Source: an uncultured virus (IMG/VR IMGVR_UViG_3300025120_014716) (taxonomy: Duplodnaviria > Heunggongvirae > Uroviricota > Caudoviricetes). From it: a stretch of DNA of 64,000 bases. Position 1 is the stretch's first letter. Each line of letters starts with the position of its first letter. The position numbers and the translations under genes were made by a program. Of this stretch, positions 41,876 through 51,633 are shown one piece after another. The notes below the pieces were generated by a model. The model saw nothing but the letters and a program-made list of their open reading frames with translations. It was not told the origin of the DNA and did no database searches. Location: IMG/VR virus record IMGVR_UViG_3300025120_014716. One strand, written 5' to 3'.

Positions 41876-44800
41876 ATGAATACACAACTACTTCACCAGT
41901 GGATAGACAACAATGGACTAAACGCAAATTTTCTTGATGATAGGCTGTTTACTATAGGAGAGGATCAGTTTTATTTTTTAGATCCTGGAGATAGGGTTAT
42001 AACAGGTGACTTCAACCTTAATGTAACTAATAGTGAATTTCAATTTGTTTCTAAAATAAACTGTAAAAATTTCTGTTTTAAGTTTGGTAATAATTTTTAC
42101 TATACCTCCATAGAAAAATTTGAAAGTCCAGATTTTAATTTACTTAAATATATAGGTGCCAGGAAGTCTGAACTTGGAGAGGTTGACTTTTCTTTTTTAG
42201 GATTAAGGGGTAGGTATGAGATATGTAATGGATCAGGAGAGTATAGTGACTGGATTAAAAAGGCAAAATTTAATGGCTTTAATTCACTGGGTATATGTGA
42301 GCACAATACCCTGGCAGGCACACTTCCTTTTCAACAGGAGTGTAAGGGTGCAGGAATTGATTTTATTCTTGGAGAAAGTATATCTGTAGAGGATGACTCT
42401 TTTTACCAGTACAATGCAAAGCTATATGTACTGAGTGAAGAGGGTTGGTTTAATTTACTGTATATAAACAAGATTATAAATGTTGACAATGAAACCAATA
42501 AGAAAATATCAGAAAGTGAACTTACTGAGTATAGCAAAGGATTGGTTTTTGTTTTTGGACCAGATACATATTTGAGCAGTGACAGAGTTAAACTTATTAA
42601 AGGATCATTTGATAAAGTTTTTTACCAATTTGATACCACTAAGTTTAAGGGTTATGAAAAGGACAAAGCCAGGCTATTATCATTAAAAAATTATATAGAC
42701 AATTTTACAGAACATATAGATCCAATACTTATAAATGATGCATTTTACCTTGACCAGGAGTACTCACATGTAAAAAAGATACTTAATACCATTGGAGGAG
42801 TAAAGTTCCAGAGTCAGTCAAAGGATCAGCACATGAAGTCCCTGGATGAAGTATTTATGCAGTGGGCAAATTTATTTGGAGAGGAGGATGAAAGACTTTT
42901 TGATATTTTTTATACTGGCATTGACTCATCCATGTGGATCTCTGACAATGCTGAGTTTGAGATAGAAACAGGAGCCAGACATCTTCCCTTATTTGAGCAT
43001 GATGGCAAAGAGTCAAATGATGAGTTGTTCTTAAGGTTATTAGAGGAGGGCATGGAAAGGAAGGGTTTGTCCAATAAAGATGACTACTGGGATAGATTAG
43101 GTAACGAAATTGAGGTTATCTCAAAGGGTGGAGTAATTGATTATTTTTTGATCCTATGGGACATTGTTGAGTGGTGTAAGTCTAAAAATATACTGACAGG
43201 CATAGGTAGAGGTTCTGCAGCAGGATGTTTAGTTTCATACTTATTAGATGTAACAGGAGTTGATCCAATTGAATATGGTTTGTTATTTGAAAGATTCCTA
43301 AATGAGGGTAGGGTTCAGACATCTCTTCCAGATATTGATACTGATTTTGAGGGGGAGAGAAGAGATGAGGTTAAGAGATATATGGAGCAAAAGTATGGGT
43401 TGGAGTATGTCTGTTCAGTTGGTACATATGGTACTTTTAAGCTAAAGTCAGCACTTCAGGAGATAGGTAAAAAATTTCACCTGGATGGCAAAGCACTTAA
43501 TTACATTTCAAACATGTTGGAGTTGGGTCCTGGTATGGATACTGACATAACTCAAATATTTAAGCAGGCATTGGAGAAACCTCAATTAAAAAAGTTTGTA
43601 AATGATAATCCACATATTATAGATACTATTCCAATTATTCTCAAAAATGTCAGAAACCAATCTGTACATGCATGTGCTACATTGATACTTCCAAAAAAGG
43701 ATCAGTATGGTAGGGACAGAAATATATATAACTGGATGCCAGTTAAGATAATTGATGGAGTTTTGGTCAGTGAGTGGGAGGGTGGTTATTTAGAAGATGC
43801 AGGTTTTTTAAAAGAGGACATCCTGGGTATTGCTCAATTAGATAAATTTAGGGGTGTATTTGATAAAGTTAAAAAGAATAAAGGAATTGACTTATCATTT
43901 GACAGCCTGGACCTTGAAGACATAAATATGTATGACTTATTTCAAAAGGGTCATTCATCAGATGTATTCCATTTTGGTTCCAGAGGTCTAACTGGTTATT
44001 CTCAGGAGGTTTGTCCCACAAATATAAATGAGATGATAGATATGATCTCTTTATATAGACCAGGAGCCATGGAATCTCAGGCACACAATGATTATGTAAA
44101 GTTTAAATTTGGAGTGAAGGAGCCAGAGTTTGACTATATGTTGGAAGATGTTACCAAAGATACCTATGGTTTGTATATTTACCAGGAGCAGGTTATGAAG
44201 GCAGTCCAGGTTTTGGGTGGGTTTGACCTGGTTGTTGCTGATGACATCAGGAAAGCAATGGGAAAGAAAAAGATGAAGTTGATCAGGGAGTACCAGAGCA
44301 AGTTTGTTGAGGGAGCCATGGAAAGGGGTTGTGGAGAGTCAGATGCCATTGTTATATGGAATAAACTTGAGGCATTTGCAGGGTATGGGTTTAATAAGTC
44401 CCATGCAGCAGCCTATTCAATAACTGGCTGCATGTCACAGTGGTTGAAGGTAAACCATCCATTGGAATTTTGGACCACAGCGTTTGAGTGGGCAAAGCAA
44501 GATGAAATCCAAAGGTATATATCAGAGTTATCAAAATTAGAAAATGGGGTATCAATTGTTCCTCCATGTGTGAATAAGTCATCCACTGAGTTTATTTCAG
44601 ATCCAGGAGTGAATGAGATATATTGGGCAATTAACAAAATATCATTTGTTGGTGTTACAGCAACAAAGGCAATTGTAGACTCAAGAAATGACCTTGGTGA
44701 CTTTACATCATTAGAAAATTTTTGTGATAGAATTGAAAAAAGATCTGTAAATAAAAGGGTTATGGAAAACTTAATCCTGGGAGGTTGTTTTGATAAAATT

Positions 44801-45316
44801 TGCAATGTTGTTTCTATAGTTGACAGGAGGGCAGTTTTAAGTAGATATTATGACCTTGAGTCTATAAAAGATCATGCAAGAATTAAACTACCAACTGAGG
44901 CAAAGTTTGCCTGGTTCTGGGTACTTAAACAAAAAGAAGTTTCAAAGTTTGGACATTTTGATTTTCATACCATGATTCTTAGAAGTAAGTTAGGTAGTAT
45001 AATATCTTTATATGACCATCCAGAAAACATGTTGTTGGAAAAAAGTTTGGACAAGTCATTTATTCAGGCAGGTACTATAAAGGATCTGGTTCTAAGGAAA
45101 ACTAAAAAGAAAGAAGAGTTTGCCTCTATACTGTTAGAGTGCAATGATGAGGAGATATATGTGTTAATATGGGCAAAGCAATGGTATAAGTTTAAAGAAA
45201 TGGTTGAGGGTGCTACATTGGGTATATTGATAATTTCAGGAACAGTTAGGTTTGATGGGTTTAAAAAAGTAAATGTTTTACAGTCCAACAATAGTACTAA
45301 AATTGATGTTTTTTAA
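41876..45316 (+). CDS. dnaE: DNA polymerase III alpha subunit (family C)
   Basis: PHP domain, GRGSAAG, LFERFLN, PDIDTD, IYQEQVM, YGFNKSHAAAY, C-terminal OB fold. Confidence 0.95.
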   Translation: MNTQLLHQWIDNNGLNANFLDDRLFTIGEDQFYFLDPGDRVITGDFNLNVTNSEFQFVSKINCKNFCFKFGNNFYYTSIEKFESPDFNLLKYIGARKSELGEVDFSFLGLRGRYEICNGSGEYSDWIKKAKFNGFNSLGICEHNTLAGTLPFQQECKGAGIDFILGESISVEDDSFYQYNAKLYVLSEEGWFNLLYINKIINVDNETNKKISESELTEYSKGLVFVFGPDTYLSSDRVKLIKGSFDKVFYQFDTTKFKGYEKDKARLLSLKNYIDNFTEHIDPILINDAFYLDQEYSHVKKILNTIGGVKFQSQSKDQHMKSLDEVFMQWANLFGEEDERLFDIFYTGIDSSMWISDNAEFEIETGARHLPLFEHDGKESNDELFLRLLEEGMERKGLSNKDDYWDRLGNEIEVISKGGVIDYFLILWDIVEWCKSKNILTGIGRGSAAGCLVSYLLDVTGVDPIEYGLLFERFLNEGRVQTSLPDIDTDFEGERRDEVKRYMEQKYGLEYVCSVGTYGTFKLKSALQEIGKKFHLDGKALNYISNMLELGPGMDTDITQIFKQALEKPQLKKFVNDNPHIIDTIPIILKNVRNQSVHACATLILPKKDQYGRDRNIYNWMPVKIIDGVLVSEWEGGYLEDAGFLKEDILGIAQLDKFRGVFDKVKKNKGIDLSFDSLDLEDINMYDLFQKGHSSDVFHFGSRGLTGYSQEVCPTNINEMIDMISLYRPGAMESQAHNDYVKFKFGVKEPEFDYMLEDVTKDTYGLYIYQEQVMKAVQVLGGFDLVVADDIRKAMGKKKMKLIREYQSKFVEGAMERGCGESDAIVIWNKLEAFAGYGFNKSHAAAYSITGCMSQWLKVNHPLEFWTTAFEWAKQDEIQRYISELSKLENGVSIVPPCVNKSSTEFISDPGVNEIYWAINKISFVGVTATKAIVDSRNDLGDFTSLENFCDRIEKRSVNKRVMENLILGGCFDKICNVVSIVDRRAVLSRYYDLESIKDHARIKLPTEAKFAWFWVLKQKEVSKFGHFDFHTMILRSKLGSIISLYDHPENMLLEKSLDKSFIQAGTIKDLVLRKTKKKEEFASILLECNDEEIYVLIWAKQWYKFKEMVEGATLGILIISGTVRFDGFKKVNVLQSNNSTKIDVF

Positions 45317-45326
45317 ATAAATAACT

Positions 45327-45355
45327 TAAATTTTTAAGTTTATTTATTATATTTA
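45327..45355 (+). promoter_or_regulatory. Degenerate palindromic operator plus -7-like box
   Basis: TAAATTTTTAAGTTTA (2 mismatches to TAAACTTTAAAGTTTA), 5 nt, TATATTTA. Confidence 0.45.
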
Positions 45356-45395
45356 AAAATAAAAGCGTTACATTAGTAGAAATTTACAAGATATT

Positions 45396-45926
45396 ATGGA
45401 AAAGCAAACTCATTTCATTGAGGTAGGTAAAAATATCTACCATTTAAAAAGTACTCCATTTGATCCAGAGATTGACATGGATGATTTGACCAGGATACAC
45501 TATGACAACCTGGTAGGAGAGGTATTAACAATAGCAACCTTAATGAATAAGGTTGGTCTACTTAAGGCAGATGTAGACAATGAATACAGAGAGCAAGCCT
45601 TAAAAGTTAAAATACTGGAGGCAGAAAGGTCAGAGTATTACAGAGAGGGACTTTCAACAAATGATGGTAAGAAGACAAAGAAACCTACCATTGCAGAGGT
45701 TGACAATGCAGTTATAACAGATCCAGAGGTCCAGTCACACAAAAGGCAATTATTTAAGTCTCAAAAACAGTCAGAGCAAATTGACTCATTATATTGGGCA
45801 GTTAAGTCTAAGGAAATGAAGTTAAATAAGTTTGCAGACAATTTAACTCCAGATGACTTCCAGGGAGAAATACTTGAGGGTTCTATAAATAGTGTAATGA
45901 TCAAAAGATCAGAAAAAAAATTCTAA
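45396..45926 (+). CDS. UvsY-like recombination mediator
   Basis: All-helical; LEAERSEYY...EVDNAVITDPEV...AVKSK pattern resembles UvsY; adjacent to the SSB-like gene. Confidence 0.5.
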   Translation: MEKQTHFIEVGKNIYHLKSTPFDPEIDMDDLTRIHYDNLVGEVLTIATLMNKVGLLKADVDNEYREQALKVKILEAERSEYYREGLSTNDGKKTKKPTIAEVDNAVITDPEVQSHKRQLFKSQKQSEQIDSLYWAVKSKEMKLNKFADNLTPDDFQGEILEGSINSVMIKRSEKKF

Positions 45927-45993
45927 AAAATTTTTGGGGATGGTCCTCAAGGATAATCAATTAATAATTATATATATAAAAACAGCTATTATT

Positions 45994-47145
45994 ATGGCAA
46001 AATTTGACAGATCAGCGTTCAAGACAAGTAAATCATTAGCAGAACAGGATAAGGAACTGGCTAAAAAACTACCATCGTCTTCAAAAGGATCAACAGACAA
46101 AATTGAAATTGTGGAAGGTGAAAACTATGTAAGGTTTTACCCAGTACATCCAGGTGTAGACTCTTATTTCATTTTACCAAGAATGGTACACTTCCTGGAC
46201 ATAGAAGGTCCAAAATGGGAAGATGGTGAAATGATAAAGGACTCTGATGACAAACCTGTTATGGAGGTGAGGAAAAGGACAGTTTATAACTCCAGGATAC
46301 ATGGAGGTACTGAAAAGGACATTTGTGATGAGTACATAAAATTTGTACAGAAAATTGCTGATGAAACACATGGCAATGACAAAAAGAAAAAGAGGGAGTT
46401 CATGAAACACATCTTTGGTTATAATGAAAAGGGAAAATTTCATGGAGGAATAAAAGGTACCCTGGACTATGTTGGGTATGCAGGTGAAATAAACAAGGAT
46501 ACTCTTAAAGAGACAAAGTTTGGCTTAGTTAGCCTTAAGAAGTCAGTAAGAGAGGGTATGCTGTTTAAGTCAAACACTGAGGCATCAGATGAAGGAATAC
46601 AGACAGATCCATTTACAGATCCAGATGAAGGTTTTATCACATTAATTACAAAGGATAGTAAAGCAGGTGCAAGTGATCCTGGAAAGTATTATTCAGTAGA
46701 TTTTTACACTAAAAACTACATTCCTGTAAAATTACCTTTGCCAGAAGGATTTGAAAATAAATATGAGGATCTTAAACCACTAACTGAACTTTTTGAAAAT
46801 GTATATACAGGAAAAACATTTGAAAAGGCTATGGATGGACTTCAAAGGTTTGACTCAGAGCATGGGTATGGTGTTTTTGAATATGATGACTTTCTTGATA
46901 CATGTGAGCAGATTGCAGCATACTATCCAGAGGAAGGAGAGGAGCCAGAGGTAAAAAAGAAAGAGGTTGTTAAAGAGGTTGTTAAAAAAGTTGTGGTACC
47001 TAAGAAGGTCATAGCAGTAGCCTCAGAGGATGATGTGGCAGACTTACCCTGGGAGGGACCAGGAGAGGAGCCAGAAAAGCAAGAGGCAGTGATGTCAGCT
47101 AAAGAGAAAATGGCAAAGCTAAGGTCCAGAATAAATAAAGGATAA
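45994..47145 (+). CDS. gp32-like single-stranded DNA-binding protein (ATG at 45994 preferred to TTG at 45934)
   Basis: EGENYVRFYP...HF, DPFTDPDEG..I.K...YSV; acidic tail; followed by a terminator. Confidence 0.7.
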   Translation: MAKFDRSAFKTSKSLAEQDKELAKKLPSSSKGSTDKIEIVEGENYVRFYPVHPGVDSYFILPRMVHFLDIEGPKWEDGEMIKDSDDKPVMEVRKRTVYNSRIHGGTEKDICDEYIKFVQKIADETHGNDKKKKREFMKHIFGYNEKGKFHGGIKGTLDYVGYAGEINKDTLKETKFGLVSLKKSVREGMLFKSNTEASDEGIQTDPFTDPDEGFITLITKDSKAGASDPGKYYSVDFYTKNYIPVKLPLPEGFENKYEDLKPLTELFENVYTGKTFEKAMDGLQRFDSEHGYGVFEYDDFLDTCEQIAAYYPEEGEEPEVKKKEVVKEVVKKVVVPKKVIAVASEDDVADLPWEGPGEEPEKQEAVMSAKEKMAKLRSRINKG

Positions 47146-47149
47146 TCAC

Positions 47150-47178
47150 AAAGGGAGGTTAAGTCCTCCCTTTTTTTT
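47150..47178 (+). terminator. Intrinsic terminator
   Basis: AAAGGGAGG-6nt-CCTCCC followed by T8. Confidence 0.85.
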
Positions 47179-47187
47179 ACATAAACT

Positions 47188-48243
47188 ATGAATAATTATT
47201 GTGATCTATTAATGGACCTCTTAATGAAGGGACATTCAAAAAAAAGTGTGACTGTAGGAAAGCCAGGTACACTTTCTATTTTTGGCTATCAGCTAAGACA
47301 TGATCTTTCCAAAAGTTTTCCTCTTTTCACCACATCAGAAAAAATGTCTTTCAGGGAAACCATAATTGAGTTTTTATGGTCAATGAGGGGTGGCAATAAT
47401 ATAATGTATCTTAATACTTTTGGTATAAAGGTGTGGAATTATCATGCCTATAAATACTATGCAAAACTGTATTCAGAGGAGGGTGATGATCCAATGGATA
47501 TGTTAAGTTATTCAGAGTTTATGGACCAGGCTAAGTCCAAAGATAAACTTCCAGTTTTTGTTTCAGGAGAGTACCACTATGGAGACTTGGGTTACAATTG
47601 CCCAAAAGTTTGGAGAAACTGGGGAGGTTATAACCTGGAGTCATTGGATCAAATTAGAAATTTAATTCATGGACTTAAAGATAATCCAATAACAAAAAGA
47701 CATATTTTAACATCTATGGATCCAGAAAATTTTCATGATGTTGGTGAACATTTGAGTAACTCAATGGTTCAATTTAGGTGCAGACCGTTAACAGTTCAGG
47801 AGAGATCCAATCACAGAATTTGGAATGATGATGACATTACGTTTGAGACAGATGAAGACTTAATGGAAATGGCAAATAAGATTGGAATACCAGAGTATCA
47901 CCTGGACTGCCAGGTGTATCAGAACTATGCAATTGTTGGAGATGAGACAAATGATAATAGGTGTACAAGTGTATCATTTAACATTGCATCTTATGCTTTA
48001 TTGGCAAGTGTAATTGCAGAGATATGCAATATGGTTCCTGGTGAATACATACATACATTTGGAGAGATTGACTTGTATAAGGATCAGATAAAATTTGTGG
48101 AGCAGGAGTTGGAGGAGGGACCAGTAGACCTGCCAAAACTTATAATAGGCTCAGAGTTTTGGATGGCTGACAGTGTGGGTGATCCTGGGTCAGTTGAATT
48201 TTTTAAAAACATAGAGGTTGATGACTTTGATTGGTTTAATTAA
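47188..48243 (+). CDS. thyA: Thymidylate synthase homologue, apparently catalytically degenerate
   Basis: SIFGYQLRHDLSKSFPL, DQI..LI..LK.NP..KRHI and FNIASYALL retained; PCH, QRS.D and D.H.Y motifs replaced. Confidence 0.8.
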   Translation: MNNYCDLLMDLLMKGHSKKSVTVGKPGTLSIFGYQLRHDLSKSFPLFTTSEKMSFRETIIEFLWSMRGGNNIMYLNTFGIKVWNYHAYKYYAKLYSEEGDDPMDMLSYSEFMDQAKSKDKLPVFVSGEYHYGDLGYNCPKVWRNWGGYNLESLDQIRNLIHGLKDNPITKRHILTSMDPENFHDVGEHLSNSMVQFRCRPLTVQERSNHRIWNDDDITFETDEDLMEMANKIGIPEYHLDCQVYQNYAIVGDETNDNRCTSVSFNIASYALLASVIAEICNMVPGEYIHTFGEIDLYKDQIKFVEQELEEGPVDLPKLIIGSEFWMADSVGDPGSVEFFKNIEVDDFDWFN

Positions 48244-48319
48244 AAATAATATTAAATGTAAATTATATATATATAAATATAATCCTTACATTTAAAGAAA
48301 AATAAAATATTGTATAAAG

Positions 48320-48649
48320 ATGGCAAAGGTTGTGTTTACAAAAAGAGGTAAGGTGTTAAGGGAAATTACACTGTATGGATTTGATTATAATGGTATCCAG
48401 GATACAGATACTATTCAAATTTTATTTAAAAATTTCATAATGACCGAAAGAAAGTATTTCAAAAGGTTCATATCAAATAAACTGCAAAGGTTACAGTTTA
48501 GATTTTCTAAAACACAGTATGGTGAAAAATTTCACTTTGCAGCAGTTAATCATAGGTTGGTCAACCGTATTACTGACTCTCCATATGGATCATTTATTGT
48601 GATCACCAAGTACTTTCAAAAAACTATTGAATATAAAATTTACAATTGA
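48320..48649 (+). CDS. Hypothetical basic protein
   Basis: ORF with TACATTTA box upstream. Confidence 0.55.
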   Translation: MAKVVFTKRGKVLREITLYGFDYNGIQDTDTIQILFKNFIMTERKYFKRFISNKLQRLQFRFSKTQYGEKFHFAAVNHRLVNRITDSPYGSFIVITKYFQKTIEYKIYN

Positions 48650-48960
48650 TGGATAACGGTGATTTGGGTACAGTACACATACCTTTGGAAAGCTATAATG
48701 CCATGAGAGATGAGTTGGACCAGTTACTGGCAACAACAAAAACACATGAGGAGTTTATACAGGCATTCAGAGCATCATTCAAAATTATTACAAAAATGAT
48801 GAGTGCTCATGGTATAGACATGACCCAGGTTTATGACTATTATAAAAACCTGGACTTTGAAGTAATAGAAAATTTGGACATTCAAAAAAAGTCTGGCAAA
48901 AGTATAGTGGTTATTTCCACAAAAAAAAGTGAAAATATAAAGTTTGAAAAGTATGGTTGA
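48646..48960 (+). CDS. Hypothetical protein
   Basis: Coupled ORF. Confidence 0.55.
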   Translation: MMDNGDLGTVHIPLESYNAMRDELDQLLATTKTHEEFIQAFRASFKIITKMMSAHGIDMTQVYDYYKNLDFEVIENLDIQKKSGKSIVVISTKKSENIKFEKYG

Positions 48961-49261
48961 AAAGAAGATGTTGTTGATGTTGGTTTTAGCACAGTTAATG
49001 AATGAGACCCTGGATGAAATAAAAGAAACGGAATATGATAGAGGGCATTTCAAAAAGTTGCTTAACCAGATAGAGTTTCACATTGCTAAAAATTTTAATA
49101 AAAAGATTGACAAAATTTTTAGTGGTCATGAGTCCCAGATGAATGAATTGATGAGAAACATAGAGGAGGCAGTAAGTTGCATGTCAACACTTAAAATAGA
49201 AGAGTTGGCTTATTTTGGAGAGGCAGTTAAAAAATATAAAAGACAATTAGAAAATGAATAA
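48944..49261 (+). CDS. Hypothetical protein
   Basis: Coupled helical ORF; start may be ATG at 48953. Confidence 0.55.
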   Translation: MKSMVEKKMLLMLVLAQLMNETLDEIKETEYDRGHFKKLLNQIEFHIAKNFNKKIDKIFSGHESQMNELMRNIEEAVSCMSTLKIEELAYFGEAVKKYKRQLENE

Positions 49262-49309
49262 GGAACATTTAAGTACAAATAAGGAACAAACAGGTACAAA
49301 TAAGGAACA
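49257..49309 (+). repeat. Three direct repeats of AATAAGGAACA at 21-bp period
   Basis: Copies at 49257, 49278 and 49299; both spacers end in GTACA. Confidence 0.9.
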
Positions 49310-49315
49310 ATAGTT

Positions 49316-50377
49316 ATGAATAAGAAAGAAGTAAAAGACATAGGACTTGTAATAACAGATACCCATCTTAGTGAAGGTACTGAAAAGGTCAACATTAGTA
49401 TTTTTAGGCAGGCAATAGCAACATGTTTGGAGAGAGGTATTAAGAAAATATACCATATGGGAGATGCAATGGAGAGCAGAAAGGCACAAAGCCTCCAGGT
49501 CCTTAAGACATTTGGTAAGATATTGATGGAAATTCGTGAGGCAGGATTGGAAATTGATTTTATTCCAGGTAACCATGATAAGACAGACTACCAGTCTGAA
49601 AATTCATTCTTAGATCCATTTTCTTACCATCCAGGAGTAAATATATGGTCCAAGGGTACGGTCAATAGGGTAGGAGATAATTTGTCACTATTCCAGGTAC
49701 CTTTCTTTGATGAAAAGTCAGGTATGTATGGGGAAATGATAAAGCCATACCTGGACATTGCTGCACAGGAGAAAAAGCAAGGAATGACAAATATCCTTCT
49801 AACTCACATTGGAGTTAATGAGGCAGTGATGAATGGAGGATCTGTTATTGAAGGTCACCTGGATGGCAGCCTTTTTGATGCATTTGATAATGTTTATGTT
49901 GGTCACTATCATGACTACCAGGAGTTAAAAAAGGGTAAGATAGTATATGTAGGATCTGCATACCAGTCTAATTTTGGTGAGGATGATCGAAAGGGGTACC
50001 ATATCCTTAATTCAAAGGGTGGTATGGAGTTCATCCAGGCACACTTTCCAAAGTATATAAAGATCTCTATTGACATGGAAAAGGAAAAGGATTTTGATCT
50101 TACAGAAATTAAAAAGGAGTATGAGGGGTCTACTGACAATATCAGAATTGAGTTCACTGGGACTAAGGAGATGCTTGCTAAGGTTGACAAAAGAGAGTTT
50201 GAGGCACTTGGTATGGATGTAAAAAAGAAAGAGGAGTCAGTTGATGTATTGGATTATGATGACTCTGAGTCAACATTTACTAAAGAGTCTATAAAAGATG
50301 AGTGGGAAGTCTTTTCAAAAGATAGTATTGAAATAAAGTCAAAAGGTTTGGAATATATTGAGCCATTATTTATATAA
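49316..50377 (+). CDS. sbcD: SbcD/Mre11/gp47-like metallophosphoesterase nuclease
   Basis: TDTHL, MGD, PGNHD, LTH, GHYH, YVGSAYQSNFGED. Confidence 0.9.
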   Translation: MNKKEVKDIGLVITDTHLSEGTEKVNISIFRQAIATCLERGIKKIYHMGDAMESRKAQSLQVLKTFGKILMEIREAGLEIDFIPGNHDKTDYQSENSFLDPFSYHPGVNIWSKGTVNRVGDNLSLFQVPFFDEKSGMYGEMIKPYLDIAAQEKKQGMTNILLTHIGVNEAVMNGGSVIEGHLDGSLFDAFDNVYVGHYHDYQELKKGKIVYVGSAYQSNFGEDDRKGYHILNSKGGMEFIQAHFPKYIKISIDMEKEKDFDLTEIKKEYEGSTDNIRIEFTGTKEMLAKVDKREFEALGMDVKKKEESVDVLDYDDSESTFTKESIKDEWEVFSKDSIEIKSKGLEYIEPLFI

Positions 50378-50392
50378 ACAGTTAAGTTATTT

Positions 50393-51373
50393 ATGGGAAA
50401 ATTAGAGGATGTTTTTAAGAAAATAAACAAGACATACGGTGCAGGATCAGTTGGTAATTTGAATGACATGCCATTGCATGACATTGATACTATTTCATCA
50501 GGATCACTTGTATTAAATGATGCACTTGGAGTAGGTGGATGGGCAAAAGGTAGGATCACTGAAATATATGGTCCAGAGTCATCAGGAAAAACTACTTTGT
50601 GTATTCATGCCATTGCAGAATGCCAAAAGAAAGGAGGTAAGGCAGCCTTTATTGATATGGAGCATGCATTTGATAAAGAGTATGCAGAAAACCTGGGAGT
50701 TGATACAGATGCACTTATATTTGCTCAACCAGATTATGGAGAGCAGGCACTGGAGATGATAGACATGCTTATTGAGACAGGTGAGGTTGATCTATTAATT
50801 GTTGATTCTGTAGCTGCCATGATACCTAAAAGAGAACTTGAGGGGGAAATGGGAGATGCCAATGTTGGAGTCCTGGCAAAAATGATGTCACAGGCAATGA
50901 GAAAGTTGGTTGGAAAAGTTAGTAAGACAAATACTGCAATGATATTTATAAACCAACTGAGAGAAAAAATTGGAGTTATGTTTGGATCTCCTGAAGTTAC
51001 AACAGGAGGTAGAGCCTTAAAGTTTGCAGCCTCAGTAAGAGTTGACATCAGGAGAACTGGGAGCCTTAAAAAGGGAGAGGAGGTTATTGCAAATACTGTA
51101 AAGGTTAAGATCACCAAAAATAAAGTAGCACCTCCTTTTAAAATAGCATTACTGGAAATAGCATTTGGTGTTGGAGTTGACCTGGTTGCTGAGGTTTTAA
51201 CAATATGCATTGATGCTGATGTTGTTAAAAGAAATGGATCCTGGTATAGTTATGGTGACATAAAATTGGGTCAGGGGTTACCTGCAGTTAAAGAATTGCT
51301 AAGAGATAACCAGGAACTGTTTTGTGAGTTGAAAGATCTTGCTGAGATGGCATTTGAAGAGGCAAAAAAATAA
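50393..51373 (+). CDS. recA: RecA recombinase
   Basis: EIYGPESSGKTT, FIDMEHA, VDSVAA, FINQLREKIGVMFGSPE.TTGG.ALKF. Confidence 0.97.
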   Translation: MGKLEDVFKKINKTYGAGSVGNLNDMPLHDIDTISSGSLVLNDALGVGGWAKGRITEIYGPESSGKTTLCIHAIAECQKKGGKAAFIDMEHAFDKEYAENLGVDTDALIFAQPDYGEQALEMIDMLIETGEVDLLIVDSVAAMIPKRELEGEMGDANVGVLAKMMSQAMRKLVGKVSKTNTAMIFINQLREKIGVMFGSPEVTTGGRALKFAASVRVDIRRTGSLKKGEEVIANTVKVKITKNKVAPPFKIALLEIAFGVGVDLVAEVLTICIDADVVKRNGSWYSYGDIKLGQGLPAVKELLRDNQELFCELKDLAEMAFEEAKK

Positions 51374-51380
51374 TTAAAAT

Positions 51381-51585
51381 AAACTCTCCAAGCTAATGGA
51401 TAAGCGAGTGAATAGGCACATCAACTTAGAAAGATTTAACTCAAAAGTATCTTTAAAGAAAACTATGAGGGAAGTACGTTCACAACACTTCCAAGAGTGT
51501 TAGCTTGCCTGAAAAGGCTTTATGAAGTTAGGTGGCACTGCGTTGTCCGTTACTGTCAATCCTACTTGGAGGACTTGGAGAGTTT
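51381..51585 (+). ncRNA. Candidate ~205-nt structured RNA of unknown class
   Basis: 12-bp terminal stem AAACTCTCCAAG/CTTGGAGAGTTT enclosing nested helices with G-U pairs, a GAAA-tetraloop hairpin and two complementary loops; terminator follows. Confidence 0.7.
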
Positions 51586-51589
51586 TTAT

Positions 51590-51626
51590 AAAGGAATTAA
51601 CTGAAAAGTTTTTTCCTTTTTTTTTT
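51590..51626 (+). terminator. Terminator after the structured RNA
   Basis: AAAGGAA..AACT-GAAA-AGTT..TTCC followed by T10. Confidence 0.65.
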
Positions 51627-51633
51627 CATATTA

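Noticed and set aside
49257..49309. CRISPR mini-array
   Set aside because: Repeats are 11 bp with similar 10-bp spacers, far too short; no cas genes
37210..51373. Inteins or introns in terL, helicase, dnaE or recA
   Set aside because: Lengths are normal and motifs contiguous; no intein splice-junction signatures noticed
51396..51503. 35-aa ORF (MDKRVNRH...FQEC) inside the structured RNA
   Set aside because: Its start is buried in a helix and it uses CGA/CGT codons avoided elsewhere; not called, though not excluded
51381..51585. Retron msr-msd, RNase P RNA, cobalamin riboswitch or group I intron
   Set aside because: No reverse transcriptase in the window; GAGGGAAGT only loosely resembles those cores and partner motifs are missing; recA is complete upstream
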